Origin: Vicugna vicugna
Lineage: Eukaryota
Assembly (NCBI GenBank): GCA_013265495.1
Contig: MU061579.1
Coordinates: 1 to 64,000, forward strand
Reading direction: 5' to 3'
Length of the DNA stretch: 64,000 nucleotides
Below the pieces are notes generated by a model that worked only from the letters and a program-made list of their open reading frames with translations, searched no databases and was not told the DNA's origin. The first letter of the stretch is position 1, and each line of letters begins with the position of its first letter. Of the stretch, positions 50,190 through 62,576 are shown one piece after another. A program made the translations under genes and the position numbers.

Positions 50190-51230
50190 CATGGCACCCA
50201 GGGTTTTATCCTCATGTGTTCACCCACTCCAAAATCTGTACACTAAGGGCAGTACATTCGGGTCCTATTTGTTCATGAGCTTCTCATGTAAGTTCAAGTC
50301 CTCCCAAGTCATTAAAACCCAAGGAACATCTACCTAACCAGGTCTGTAATTGGCCCATGAGGAGGAAGAGAAAAGTCCTATATGTAACATATTATTTCAT
50401 TTAAACTGTTCAGGCTTTTATTAGAAACCTCAAATGGCAGATAATGAGGATACAGAAATCATACCAGTAATTTGAACAGGAAATAGTGTTAAATGGGGAA
50501 AGGAGGATTCTGTGGGGTGCAGAGTAGTGATTGACCAAGCAGTTATTATTCCTAGGCTGAGGGAGAGTCAACAGGGAAGGGATTTAGGAAATTGAAAAAG
50601 AGCCAAGGCCCCAAAACTGATAATCAACCTCTGGGAAGATGAATGACTGCTGGAGAAACATGTAACCTGGTGGAAAAGAGACCGGGTGGAGGCTGAGACT
50701 TGATCAAACGTCGGAGGGCAGGAGCTGCAGCTGGAATACAAGAGCAGTGGGATGTCTGGTGGAGGAATGAAAGGGCTGGGCCTGAGCTCTGAGGGCTGCC
50801 GCTGAGGGCTTGAGAAACTCGTGGAAGGGACAGACCAAGGACACCGGCCACACATGGACACTCTGGAGGGCTTGCCAGAAAACACATTGGAGGAAGGAAG
50901 GGAAGTCCCCTGTTTTGCCCTGGGCACCCTTCTACACACACATTTGCGCTCTTAAGAGCATATTTGTACTGTCAGACAACAGTAAAACAACTGTACGTGT
51001 CTACCTAAGAGGAAGCTATCCTTCATATTTGCAAAGCACTGAGCCCCTCCCTCGAGTGAAGGTACAGATGCCTCCATGTCATTGTGCCCATTGATGGTTA
51101 TGTTCATGTCTATTCAGATTCATTCACAGTCTCACTGGGTATCTCATCACCTAAAGATTATATTATAAAGTTAATATCCAACAACTTCTATAAAATAGCA
51201 CAAGAAAGAAGGAGAAATATTTTCCTACAC
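50190..51230 (-). mobile_element. Ancient LTR (LTR78/79-like, ~50420-50940) with flanking internal-like sequence
   Basis: 'ggatacagaaatcataccagtaatttgaacagg' LTR end; 'attcattcacagtctcactgggtatc...attataaagttaa' resembles ERVL/MaLR internal 3' sequence. Confidence 0.45.
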
Positions 51231-51379
51231 ATGATTTTTAAAAAATCCCATATATTGTCTTCTAAAATAGGATAATTTTGTGTATGTATTTTAGTATTTA
51301 ATCTGTTCATGCTCATATATAGGAGTCTATGCCCACTAAAAAAATCTTTTGAAATTATTGATCTCATGTAGATTTTCAG

Positions 51380-52500
51380 TTTTATTTTCATAGAGTTCTT
51401 AAATCTGTTTCTTTGTTTCTTACTTGTTTGCTTTCTTCTTTTCTTTTTCTTTCCTAATGTTCCTAACTAACTTTACTAATTTCTGTTACTAGTTCCTTGC
51501 AGACATTTCTTAGATTTGTATACATGCGTGAACCCATTTCTGGACTGTCTCTATTTTTTATAAAATTATAGTCCCTAATAGTTTGTTGATTTATATTCAC
51601 TTTTATTCAAAGATTCAGCTTTTTGATAAAATTTTTTCTTTCTAGCTTATTGTCTAATTCTTTTAATTTTATTAAACATTTTATGTAGTTTTTTTTACCC
51701 CTTTTCTTGTATTGTTCTTCAAGCTTGTTTGAACTTTTTTTTTTTCTTCTACTGATACAAATATTTAGTGCTTTGAATTTTCTTCTGAGCACTTCCTCAG
51801 CTATTACATAAAAATTCTCTTGGGTTAGAATTTCCTTATCCTTACAATCTAGGCCATCCATAATTTTATCCTGGACCCAAAAGTTGTTTAATAAGAAATC
51901 TGTCTACCAATCTGTCTAGCTAGCTAGCTATCATCTTCCAAACAGAAAGTTTTAAATTATTTAATAGTTTATTGCATTGTGTTCAGGAAATACTGAATGT
52001 TATTATTTCTCTTTTTCTGAATTTAATTGCCTTTGCCTTTCTGGCCCAATATATCTGCCTGGACAATTTTGGTAACTATTCCATGTGCCGTTGAAAAGAA
52101 CTGCTTTTTTTTATTTTCAGTGTAGAGTAGGTAATAGATACATCAGGGTTTGAGGATGTATGGTTGTGTGTGCACATGTGTTACATTTATCTTATTGACT
52201 GTCTTATTTAGGTTCTCTATATTTTCATGCCTCTAAAGTCTACTTGAATTATCTAAGGCTGGTAACTGTTACTGGTGTGTCTTTTTCTCTGTTTTCCTGT
52301 TCCCTCCTAGTTTCCACTGCATGAATTTCGCCGCTGAGCTATTTCAAAAAATCTATCCTGCCACTGTGATCCTGGCTGGAGATAGTTTTATATTGATTTT
52401 TTGTGTTTTGTAGGAAATAGTGCACATGAAAAATTTTTTTTATATTTGTAACCACACATTTTAAGCTGTGTTTTATTGAAAATGTTTTCCCTTTCTACAG
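51380..52500 (-). mobile_element. Decayed old L1 fragments
   Basis: T-rich antisense ORF2-like text such as 'tttagtgctttgaattttcttctgagcact' and 'ccatgtgccgttgaaaagaa'. Confidence 0.6.
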
Positions 52501-52704
52501 TGATCTGAAATATTTTCTCTCATATGTTAAAAATTTCCATTTATATGCGTAAGCTCTAGGCTTTCTCTTCTATTTAATTATCAATTTATCTGTTCTGCAA
52601 AAGCTCACAGTATAAATCCTACAGCATCTAACAAATTATTACTAGTTTATTATAAATATCTTCACTCCTTGGGCTTATCTGTTAACATTTTCTAAAGTCA
52701 CATT

Positions 52705-53125
52705 TTGTGAGCTTTCAGCAGATAGAGGCTAATTCTCCACCTTTTGAATCTGGATAGGCTTTGGCTTGTTTTGGTCAAAATAACATGGTGCAAGCAGCAC
52801 TGTGGAGTTCTGAGGCCAGGCCTCAAGCAGGCTCATCTGTTCTCTCTCTCAGAACACTGCCACTGAAATGTGTGCACAGCCACACCCACCTGCTGGGTAA
52901 GGAGAGATACAAGGCTCCAGCAGCATCGCTGCCCCAGCCAATAGCCAGCTAGCCGTTGATTCAGCAGTTGACCCAGGATGTATCAATCAGCTCAACTCAG
53001 ATCAGCCGAGTGTGCCGGATCAGCTGAACTTCCTAGCTGACTCCTGTACTCGCAATTAACAAGACATCTTTGTTTCAAACTGCTAAATGTTGAGGTGGGT
53101 TTAACTCTGCAATAGATTAATATAG
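52705..53125 (+). mobile_element. MaLR LTR (MLT1G/H-like)
   Basis: 'tctccaccttttgaatctggataggctttggcttgttttggtcaaaataacatgg...ttctgaggccaggcctcaag...gcaatagattaatata'. Confidence 0.7.
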
Positions 53126-53989
53126 TAAAATTTAATTAGTGTTATTTACCAAACTTTTGTGCTCTGCACAATTTCTTTTTTAAATTTAAAATTTGTTTGA
53201 CTATTTAAATAAAATGGCATAAAACATTAGTTCATGTTTTCCAAAAGCTTTGACATATGCCTTTCTCATCTAAGATTTAAATAAGCTGGAATTGATTTTT
53301 CGTGTAACATGTGAGATTGGTCCCCAATTTAATTTTTTTAATATGGAGAGTTAATTGTCCCTGCAAAATTTAATTGAGGATTTCTTTACTCATGTATAAC
53401 GCTACCTCTTTTATATATTAAATCTGTGTATAAGTTTTGGGCATTTTTGGCCTCTCCATTTTGTTCTATTTATTCTTTATTTTTCTGTTCCTACGCCAAT
53501 AACACCACCCACCACCACCCTACTGTTCTTGCTGTTTTGAGCCATTTTATTCTATACATAAATACAGAATTAGTTTATCGAGTTCTTCAAACAATCCTGG
53601 TGTCATTTCGGTTGAATATGAATCACATTAATTACGAAAATGTTGCTGTTGTTCCAATTGCCTTTTAGCTTTTAGAAACAAATGTGTTTGATATTTGTTT
53701 CCTGGTCAGTTTCTCAAGATTTTTTTCTTAATCTGTATTCCATGTGTGCTTACAATAAATTATATACCAAAATATTTTTCATTTATCATTCATCTTACTA
53801 GTCTTAAGTTTTTCTTAAAAATATAATTTGTCACATATTCCAAGAAGCATGTTTGGTCATCTACTTTATTATTTACATATCCTCTACTTAATGCTCCTGG
53901 TGCTAGCAATTTGCCTGTTTCTTTTCTTATTCATTCTTTATTTCTCCTTGCTTCTCACCTGCATTTTAGAGAATCATATTTCAAAGGAT

Positions 53990-54320
53990 GGATTTATAGT
54001 TGGCTTCCAAGTAGGTCCAGCCAATGAGAAGAGAGAAGCAGGGTATTTTCATCTCTTCTTCTGTCTCAGCAAGCAATTCTGATGTGGGCTCTTTCTGGCC
54101 TCTGTAACTCTAGTTATTTCTCTCCATACTCTCATATCCCAGCAGGCCACTCTCCTCTCCCTGAATGTGGTTCTAGATCTCCTCAGTTGGCCCTGGTTTC
54201 TGGGGTATCCTTCTAACCTTGATTTGAATGTGGCTTTCTGATGCTTTTAATAGCAAGGCTATCTCACTGAAACTCTTGGTTATTCAGTGCAGTAGCCAGC
54301 TGACTATTCAAATCTCTCTG
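53990..54320 (+). mobile_element. ERVL LTR33-like fragment
   Basis: 'tggcttccaagtaggtccagccaatgagaag...caaatctctctgttg'. Confidence 0.45.
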
Positions 54321-54523
54321 TTGAAGATTAATTGACTGTAGGTGTGTGGGTTTGTTTCTGGGCTCTCTATTCTGTTCCATTGATCACATGACTGTTTTTG
54401 TGCCAAGACCATACTGTTTTGATTACTGTAGCTCTGTAGACTATTGTCTGAAGTCTGGGAGGGTTATGCCTCCAGCTTCAATCTTTTCCGTCAGGATTTG
54501 CTTTGGCAGTTCTGGGTTTTTAT
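54320..54523 (-). mobile_element. Artiodactyl-type L1 ORF2 internal fragment
   Basis: 'gtttctgggctctctattctgttccattgatc...tgttttgattactgtagctctgtag...gaagtctgggagggttatgcctccagct'. Confidence 0.85.
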
Positions 54524-54529
54524 GATTGA

Positions 54530-54755
54530 ATGTTCCTATCAGTTTATGGCCCCAGTGGTTTCTGCAGGAGAAAAGGAGATCTTGGCTGTGTCTGTGGATC
54601 CTCCTCTCTCTTCAGACTTCAGGGATGGCAGTTTGTCTAGTGACCTCAGTTATCTGATAGGTCCAAGGAAAACTGAGTTTTAGTTTATTCAGATTTTTCC
54701 TGGTTGTAAGTGTGGGAATGATAGTTTCCAAGCTTTTTATATTTTGGAGGTCTAA
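54530..54755 (-). mobile_element. Old L1 5'-end fragment (L1M4/L1MC-like)
   Basis: 'ggcagtttgtctagtgacctcagttatctgatagg...tttccaagctttttatatt'. Confidence 0.6.
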
Positions 54756-54849
54756 ACCTTTTTTTGATAACTTATATTTGTCTTTCACGAACGACAGGAA
54801 TATATGTCAACTCTATATCACTTGGTGGAATGAAGAATGTTTTTAAAAA

Positions 54850-55162
54850 AAATCAGTAAACAGAAACTTCAATTAAATAGGTTTAGGAGACCATTGAAGG
54901 GGAGCTCTCACACCCTGGGATAACAGAGCCCAACAGGAGGAAGAAAGACTCTCCTTTCTTGGCAAGGACTCACCCAGTGAAAAACCATGGACTTTATTCA
55001 CTATAGCTCTCCCAACTTCCTTTTTCCCTCTATGAAAGAATTTTCTTCCCTTGCATGTGGCTCACTATGGTTGCAGACCCAGGATTGCAATTCTCTGCTG
55101 ATCTTGAATAAACCCAACTTTGCTGGAGAAATATCTGGCAGTCAGTTGTTTTAGGTACACCA
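54850..55162 (+). mobile_element. ERV1-class solo LTR
   Basis: 'taaacagaaacttcaattaaat...ggggagctctcacacc...ttgcaattctctgctgatcttgAATAAAcccaactttgctggagaaatatctggc', ends near CA. Confidence 0.7.
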
Positions 55163-55709
55163 TGTCTTCTACCAGTGGGCGTTATGCTAGGACATTGACC
55201 TTTATATAAAACTGCTTCTTTTACTTGGCATCTTGTCAGCCCAGCAACACAGCTGTATCTGTGTTATTCATGTTATTCAGCCTGGGAAAGACTCTGTGGC
55301 ATGCTACTGAATTGAGCTTCGGATCCACATCCTTTGAGAAAGCCTATGGGCTCATTTCTATGACTGGTATTGGAGAGTTAGATGGCACTAAGAGTTAAAT
55401 TATGCATTTCAGCAGCATAGCAACAGTAGTGGCCAGTGCCCAATAAACTCACATTTTCAGGTAAGATTTCCCGAAGTTTAACACTTACACAGTGTGTGCT
55501 ACAGAGAATTTATGGAATCAGAGATTAGAAGCAATGCCTTTACAATCTAGGTCCACCACATACTAGCTGGAATATTGTTAAAGTAGATACTCTGTTTTAC
55601 TTAGGGGCTTGTTGATTTCCCTTTCTCAATTCTTTTAACCTCTCTGTAGCATTTACCTCTTTTAAAAGACCTCCTTCTTGGCATTGCATGATCCCAATAC
55701 CTTTTTGAA

Positions 55710-56150
55710 TCAAAGTCTAATCTGAAAACAGAAACCACTACTAGTATTTGTAATAAAGGGATTTTACTGCAGGAAATGGATTAAAATGCTGATAGAAAAG
55801 CCAAAAGCCAACAGGAGACAGAGGGGCGACCCAGAGATTTACAAAAGCCAGAAGCAACCACCACCACAAGAGTCAAGAAACAAAGGATTTTGTGGTGGTT
55901 TAGAAGCTTGAAATACAGCAGCTGGTAGGCGTAGCTGGAACCCTACAGAGAAGAGGAGTTGACTGAACCTGGTAGTGGGCAATCTGCCTGAGGCTTGAGA
56001 AGATAGGAAATCATCTTGAAAGGGCTCAGACTGTCTGTGTTCGGAGAGCCAGCCTGGGGGATGTAAGTGATTGATTTGAAGACAAAGATGCCCCAAAATA
56101 CCACACTTTCAGCTCTGACTTTCCCATATCTTTTGTTGGCTCCCTATTAA
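55710..56150 (-). mobile_element. Ancient LTR (LTR79/MLT1N-like) inside an L2 remnant
   Basis: 'aatctgaaaacagaaaccactactagtatttg...agggattttactgcaggaaatgg'; pyrimidine-rich L2-like sequence on both sides. Confidence 0.5.
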
Positions 56151-56999
56151 TTTATCATTCCTTTTAGTCTTAATGCTTCATAGACTTTCAGTCTCGGTCA
56201 TCTTTCTCCCTCTACACAGTGTACTGACTACATTGGCATCTCACTTGCTCCCATTGTTTTCACTACTTCCAAATGCTGATACCTCCCCAAATTGTGCCTT
56301 GACCGAAAATCCTGTTACCAAACCTTGGACGTCCTTCCAGCACCTCAAAAATAATTTGTTCAAAACTGAGATCTTGTGTTTTTATCTTCACCTGATACTC
56401 TTTCCAGACTCAATTAAATGCCTCTTTTGTTTGCTTATTCTCTTTTCTCAATTCTTTTGCCAAAGTTTAAGGCACACTGTTTTCCCTTTGGGTCAATCTT
56501 ATAGTCTTCTAGCCTCCATTCTCTTAATGTTGAAATCTGTCTTTCATTTTATTTTCCTAATCTTTCTATATCCTCATTCTGATTAAGCTACTCTGTTAAA
56601 TACCATATTTTTTGTGATTTCCCATTGTGCCAGTATGGCTACAGCCTTACTGATGCTTTTTCTTTAAATTTTCATTAATACTCTTATACTATATTAAAAT
56701 ATTTAAATTTCTCCAAGAGCATTGTTTTTGTAAGTCCCATATTTTTGCACATTTTTCCCTTACCAGTTATATTTTTTTCCTTATTATTTACCTACCTAAT
56801 TCCAACTTGTCCAAGAAGGTACATTTAATTGCATTTTCAAGGAAGGGTTTTCAATCTGTATGTTAATATCTACACATCCTCTACTTCACACCCCTGGTGC
56901 TGGTTATTTTCCTGTAAACTTTCGTATCTTTTTAAAAATTTTTCCCTGGTTCTGATCAATATTCCAGGAAACCATGTAACTCTGTTGCTGTCATCAAGA

Positions 57000-57305
57000 G
57001 ATAAATCTGGCATTGACTTCCTTGGTAGCCCTAATTCCAGCTGTATTATTCCACCTTCAATGGTTTCAAATTCCATGATTCCATCTCCCACTGTGGTATT
57101 TTGACTCCTACCAAATAGATTTTGAGCTCTGGTGTCACCACAGCTTCCCCTTGTCCCTTCAGCTCTGTTTTGGTAGTGTCTTCCTGTGCTTTAATATCTG
57201 TTTAGTTTCTTAGCTCTTTAATCACTAGCATAACCAATTACTTATATTAAACTCCCCCTACTTGAACGACATAAAGTGTTTTCTGTCATCCTAAATACTT
57301 GCACA
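57000..57305 (+). mobile_element. Ancient LTR fragment (LTR78/79-like)
   Basis: 'ccccttgtcccttcagct...tggtagtgtcttcctg...tatattaaactcccc...tgttttctgtcatcct'. Confidence 0.45.
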
Positions 57306-58496
57306 GCCCTTAGACGTACCTTGCACATTGAGTGCGACAGTAGCATGTTCACTGGTTTGTCTTCCTCTCTAGGCTGCCACCTTCGTGGTGGAGAGTGCTG
57401 CGTCTTACTCATTTCTGTGTCTCAAGTCTTGGGAAATTTTATACCCACCATGCTTAGCAAAACTTCTGGTTTTAAAAATTGTATAGATACTATCTTAAGT
57501 TTTTATTCATGGACAGCTTCTAAATTCTTTACTTATTTTTTTTTCAAAATATATCACTAGTCAAACTTCAGAGCACTATTTCCTATCTGTGTCCCACTCC
57601 CTATGCCAACTTCCTGTGAAAGGTAATGCCACTTTACCCCATTGCTCCAACTCACATTTTGTAGTTCAGTCCCTCTGACCTCTGCCCCTGATATTTCGTC
57701 TAGAATTTCCCTTTTTTTATGCTGAGGGAATTGTCCTCCCTTTACCCAGGTCAAATGTCACATTTTCTCTAAAGCTTCTGAAGAACAAGTTTTTTCTTCC
57801 TTTTATATTAAAGTATCATTGTGTAAGTACAGAACTCATCAAAACATTTATCATTTTCTTCTCTTAAAAGTAAGGATTGTCTGTTGAATTTCATTAGATT
57901 CCTCCACAGTGTTCAGCAATGTTTTGTTACCCTTACTTGCTTAATATTTATTGAAATATTTGACCACCTTGTGGATAAATGCACTGGGCTAGATACAGGT
58001 CATAATGTGCTAAGTGATGCTATATCTTCAATGACCTGATCGTATATCAGGGCAAGGCAATATTTTATATTGTAGTGATACATTATTGTAAATGCAACGT
58101 GTTCTGCAAATGTAACACAATTTAAAACAAGAAATTTATATGTGAAACAGAGCCGCATGGTCTATAAAGGTCTTTTGGTTGAAGAAGTGATGTGCGGCAC
58201 TGATGTTGGCAAAAGATGACTTCAAGATAAAAGAGGGAGGAAGAGAAGGCATTTTTATTTCATTTACTCATCTATTTACTCATTCAGTAACACTCAGCAC
58301 TCATTGGATGTCAAAGATTTATATAGACAGTGATTAAAATAGTCAAAATAGAAGTGAAGAGAACCTAAAATAAGGATGACCCTTAAATAATTATCTGTGA
58401 ATCAGTTATGTTCAATTACTATCAGTGTGGCATACAGAGAGCATGTCTAAATACAACTCATGCTTATTAACAAGAAAGACAATTTTGTTTCTTCAG

Positions 58497-58498
<2 letters not shown>

Positions 58499-58528
<30 letters not shown>
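58499..58528. repeat. Poly(T)30 tract
   Basis: Read directly. Confidence 0.95.
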
Positions 58529-58531
<3 letters not shown>

Positions 58532-59337
58532 CCGCTCTCATTATGCCATGAATTTTGCCAGTAACATTTATTCACGTATTAAGAGACAGACTGCAGCAGT
58601 GTTGGTTATTTTAAGCGCACCCACCCATTCCAGTGCAGGTTTTATGCTTTATTACTGTTCCTCGTGGGGCTGCGGAAAGCACTCTGACTTCAGCCTCAGT
58701 GAGACCGGGCCCATTATATTGTAATCTGCACCCTGAAGGGAATTACAGTGCAGTCAGGTCTTGACCTTCTTCAGCATATGGTGTAGGCTAGCATTTAAAA
58801 ATGAATAAACCAAGGAGCTTACCACTGGAACTTAAACTTTGCATTCTACGTGGTGTGCATTTGGCTCCAACGCTGTGCATTAAATCACTGGAACTGGATC
58901 TGATTCATATCTCTGCCATCTTAACCTAATTGCCCAACAATTCTGTAGCCAGGTAATTCTTAACTTTACTGTGATTAAAAATTTATCAATTTCAAAATGA
59001 CTGTATGGTCTGAAGGAAACAAGAATTTCTGGCTATCTGAAGAAGCTATGGCTAAATTCTTCAGCTGAATTTTGGATTTTTTAATATAACTTCTGGAAAG
59101 CTATGTAGTATCAGAGAAAGTATATCAAGCCAAGGGGAAAGAAATAGTAGCTTGGCTTTTGGAAAGATGCCTAAGAGTAGATATACATAATAAGATTCCA
59201 GAGGAGCTTCAATCAATAAAGCAGACTGATAATGCTATTCTGATGTTACTCAGCTTGACATTTTTCTCTAGTCTTTTACTAGAGGGACATAGATTTGCCA
59301 AGGGAGAGGTTCCTCTGTATTTAAAATTTACCTACGA

Positions 59338-59420
59338 TCCCTTTCCTTTCCTTTCCCTCCCTCCCTTCCTTCCTTCCTTCCTTCCTTTCTTCTTTCCTTG
59401 CTTGCTTCTTCTTTCTCTGT
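59338..59420. repeat. (CTTC/CCTT)n pyrimidine-rich simple repeat at an L2 tail
   Basis: Read directly; followed by an antisense L2-like tail 'catttgttgaat...gaagcctacagtctag'. Confidence 0.8.
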
Positions 59421-59574
59421 TTCACTTATTGAGAAAGCATTTGTTGAATTAAGAGATAAACTCAAATAAACTAATTTTTTTTCATTGAGAAGCCTACAGT
59501 CTAGAAGAAGAGAAATGCATGATGAAATGTGAAACATGCACAGGATGCTGTGAAGCTTACTGCCCAGTATAGAG

Positions 59575-60095
59575 GCTGAAAATGCCAGATACCCACTTGC
59601 CCAGCCTTCTCTGATTTTATGACAGAGTCATATTAACCACCCTGGTCAGTGATCCTGGATAAAATGGCTACTGAGGGGCTATTGAAAATATTTTTCTCTC
59701 AAACAAAACAAAACAAACAAAACAAAATATGAAAGCTTATGTAATGTTATAAACCAACTTTAGGTCAATATAAATGAGTAAGTAATTAAATAACAAAACA
59801 GTAAATGCTCCTCTTCTTTGCCCAGATGCTACAGAACGTATATAAGATACCAGGAGCTGGGACAACCATCATCTTCCTGATGGCTCACATCTAAGAACTG
59901 AGGCACAGTACTACTGAGTAGAGCTGGAGGATAAGATGGCAAGAGCCAGGTCATTTATTACCATCACTAAGAGCTTGAACCAACCCAGGAACACCTGCCC
60001 CAGGGTTCCTATTATGTGATTAAATACATTTTAGCCATTTTGAGTCAGTTTTGGTTGGGTATTTGATTACTGCAGGCAAAGCCATCTGAACTGGC
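59575..60095 (+). mobile_element. MaLR LTR (MLT1J/K-like) with (CAAAA)n at ~59701-59727
   Basis: 'cacttgcccagccttctc...ggagctgggacaaccatc...ttagccattttgagtcagttttggttgggtatttgattactgcaggcaaagcc'. Confidence 0.6.
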
Positions 60096-60764
60096 ACATT
60101 TTCCCTGTCTTCATACTGTCATCTATGGTATACGTCCTCTTAATATTTAATTATTTATGGAGGGAACCTTAGGATACAAATTACAGTGTAAAAATGTGAT
60201 TTTTCCTTATCTATAGTACAATAAATTTGAAAAATGTATAGATTGAAAAGAATTCTGTTACATTTACACACTAAATTATCCTTTTTACTATACTCAGTGG
60301 AAATCATGTGCTTTCATGTTATAGCTATTAACTTAAAATTTAAGTTTCACTAATAAGCCTGAAGTAGATAAAGCACAAAATTAAGTTCCTGATTTTATTT
60401 CAGATTCCATAGCTCATTGAATATTGCAGTAAATGCTGTTATGTTTACTGTATTGGGTGGAAATTATTCTGTTTCTTAGGGGATGAAACACATAAGGTAC
60501 TGGTCCCAATTTTTAATAATTATCCTCTTGTTTATAATGATAAATTTCAAGAAGTCTATACTATGAATCTGAGCCCTAGTTAATCCTCTTCTAAATATTT
60601 GAGAATATTCCAGTTCTTTTAATTGGTGTGGTTGACAGCCTATTAGCTAGATTTATCTGAATTTTAATCACAGGCTTCATATTAATTTTATAGCTCTGGG
60701 TAGGCTTCTAGATGCCTGCATTTTCACTTGTAAATTCAAGCAATAAAAGCACCTACAGAGAACC

Positions 60765-61210
60765 AGGCACTTATTATCCAACATATTTGGCCTATAAAAA
60801 CGTAAAAAATACAGTCCCTTCCCTCACATACTCTACCATGTTGGCTATAGGTAATCAAGGAACCAAAATATAATGAATTAAAATACAGTGTGGTAAGTTA
60901 ATTTGATGAAACACATGAGAGAAAAAAATCATTCCTTTGGGTTTAGTAAAGGGTTAAAAGGTAGTATATGTTTGAGCTGATTCTGAAATAGTAAATATGA
61001 TGTCACTGGGCATAGTACTTACAGCCAGGGAAGCAGTATATGGAGATGCATATGGAAGTGACAGGACTGAAAATTTTAAGAAAGATATGATTTTATTATG
61101 ACAGAGTTTAGAGTACTTGAGAAAATATGGGAGAGAGAAATTCAGGACACATTAAGAAGGACTGGCCTGTCAAGGAGTTTGGTCTTTATTCTGGAAGTAA
61201 TCGGGACCAT
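60765..61210 (-). mobile_element. L2 3' region
   Basis: 'aatacagtcccttccctcaca...tttgagctgattctgaaa...aaggagtttggtctttattctg'. Confidence 0.55.
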
Positions 61211-61715
61211 ATAGAAAAATTGTTGTTTAGAGTTGGGGAGAGGGTTTTGGTGTTGATTTTATCTACATTTTATTAAAAAAAAAAGTTAGGCAGACTATCC
61301 ACATGTGACCCACTGACATATTCTAAGCAGGAGAAAATAAGGGATTTAATTGCAGCAGGATTGTTTTACTGGGAGAAGAGACTAAAACTAAGTTTGCAAT
61401 AGTAAAAAATATTAAAAGTCTTATTCCGGACCTATTAAGGGGCTAAAATCAGCAAGATTCATTAAAAAAAAAGTTACGTGTTGTATAATTCGGCAAAGTT
61501 TAAGCTGCTGGAACAAAGAGACTCCAAAATATAGAGACATAAGTAAGTTTATTTCTCAGACGTGTTATATTCAGGCTAGACTTCTGAAAAGTCTTTCTGA
61601 CGTTAAATATTGCAACTTCAAAAGAAGACGATATTTGACTTTTCACACGTGAATATTATGAATAATGTGAGGTGCAGGTTATAGTAAAAATAAAGGATTT
61701 GAAAGTGCTTATGTC

Positions 61716-61882
61716 GGGGAGGGTGTAGCTCAGTGGTAGAGTTCATGCCTAACATGCATGAGGTCCTGGGTTCAATTCTTAGTACTTCCTTTAGAAATAA
61801 ATAAATAAACCTAATCACCTGCTCCCCCACCCCCGACTAAGTAAAAATCAATAAATAAAATGGAGAAAGAGATATTTTTTAA
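61716..61882 (+). mobile_element. Vic-1-type SINE
   Basis: 'ggggagggtgtagctcagtggtagagttcatgcctaacatgcatgaggtcctgggttcaattc'; TSD aaagtgcttatgtc/aaagtgcatatgtc. Confidence 0.92.
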
Positions 61883-61896
61883 AAAGTGCATATGTC

Positions 61897-62576
61897 TTAC
61901 CACTGCATACCTTTTAGGATGGCTTTTATTTAAAAAAAATGGAAAAGAACAAGTGTTGGCCAGGATGTAGAGAAATTAGTAATTTTGTACATTGTTGATG
62001 GGAATGTAGAATGGTGCAGCTGCTGAGAAAAACAGTTTGCTTGTTACTCTAAAAGTTAAAAATAGAATTACTGTACAATCCAGTAATTCCATCCTTCTTG
62101 TCTGGATGTGGGCAAAATAATTGAAAGTGGAGACTCAAACAGATACTTGTACATCAGTGTTTATAGCAGCATTATTCACACTAGTCAAAGGGTGAAAATA
62201 ACCCAAATGTCCTTCAACAGATGAATATACGTACAGAAGTAGTTATCCAGCCTTATGAACCTTTGAATGACAGTGTGACTCATGCTGCAACATGGACGAA
62301 CCTTGAAAACGTGTTTAGTGAAATAAGTCAGCTACAAAAGGTCAAATATTACATGAATCAACTTACGTGAGGCACCTAGAATAGGCAAATTCATAGATCC
62401 AGAAGGTAGAATGAATGTTACCAGGGCCTGCAGGAAGGAGCAATGTGGAGTTATTTATTAATGGAGAGTAGTGATGGCGATACGACATTGTGAATTTGTA
62501 TAACATCATTGAATCGTGCACCTAAAAACACTTAAAATGGTAAATCTTATGTGTATTTTGCCATAACAAAAAATTA
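61897..62576 (+). mobile_element. L1MB-type LINE-1 3' end (L1MB4-like)
   Basis: 'aacaagtgttggccaggatgtagagaaatt...gactcaaacagatacttgtaca...cacctagaataggcaaattcataga...cttaaaatggtaaat...tattttgccataac'. Confidence 0.88.

Noticed and set aside
50568..51094. Three overlapping ORFs of 94-123 aa
   Set aside because: Fall in a GC-richer LTR-like segment where stop codons are rarer; no protein similarity recognised.
56173..56586. Longest ORF in the window (137 aa, hydrophobic)
   Set aside because: Lies in pyrimidine-rich L2-like sequence; Leu/Phe/Ser bias reflects base composition; no recognisable domain.
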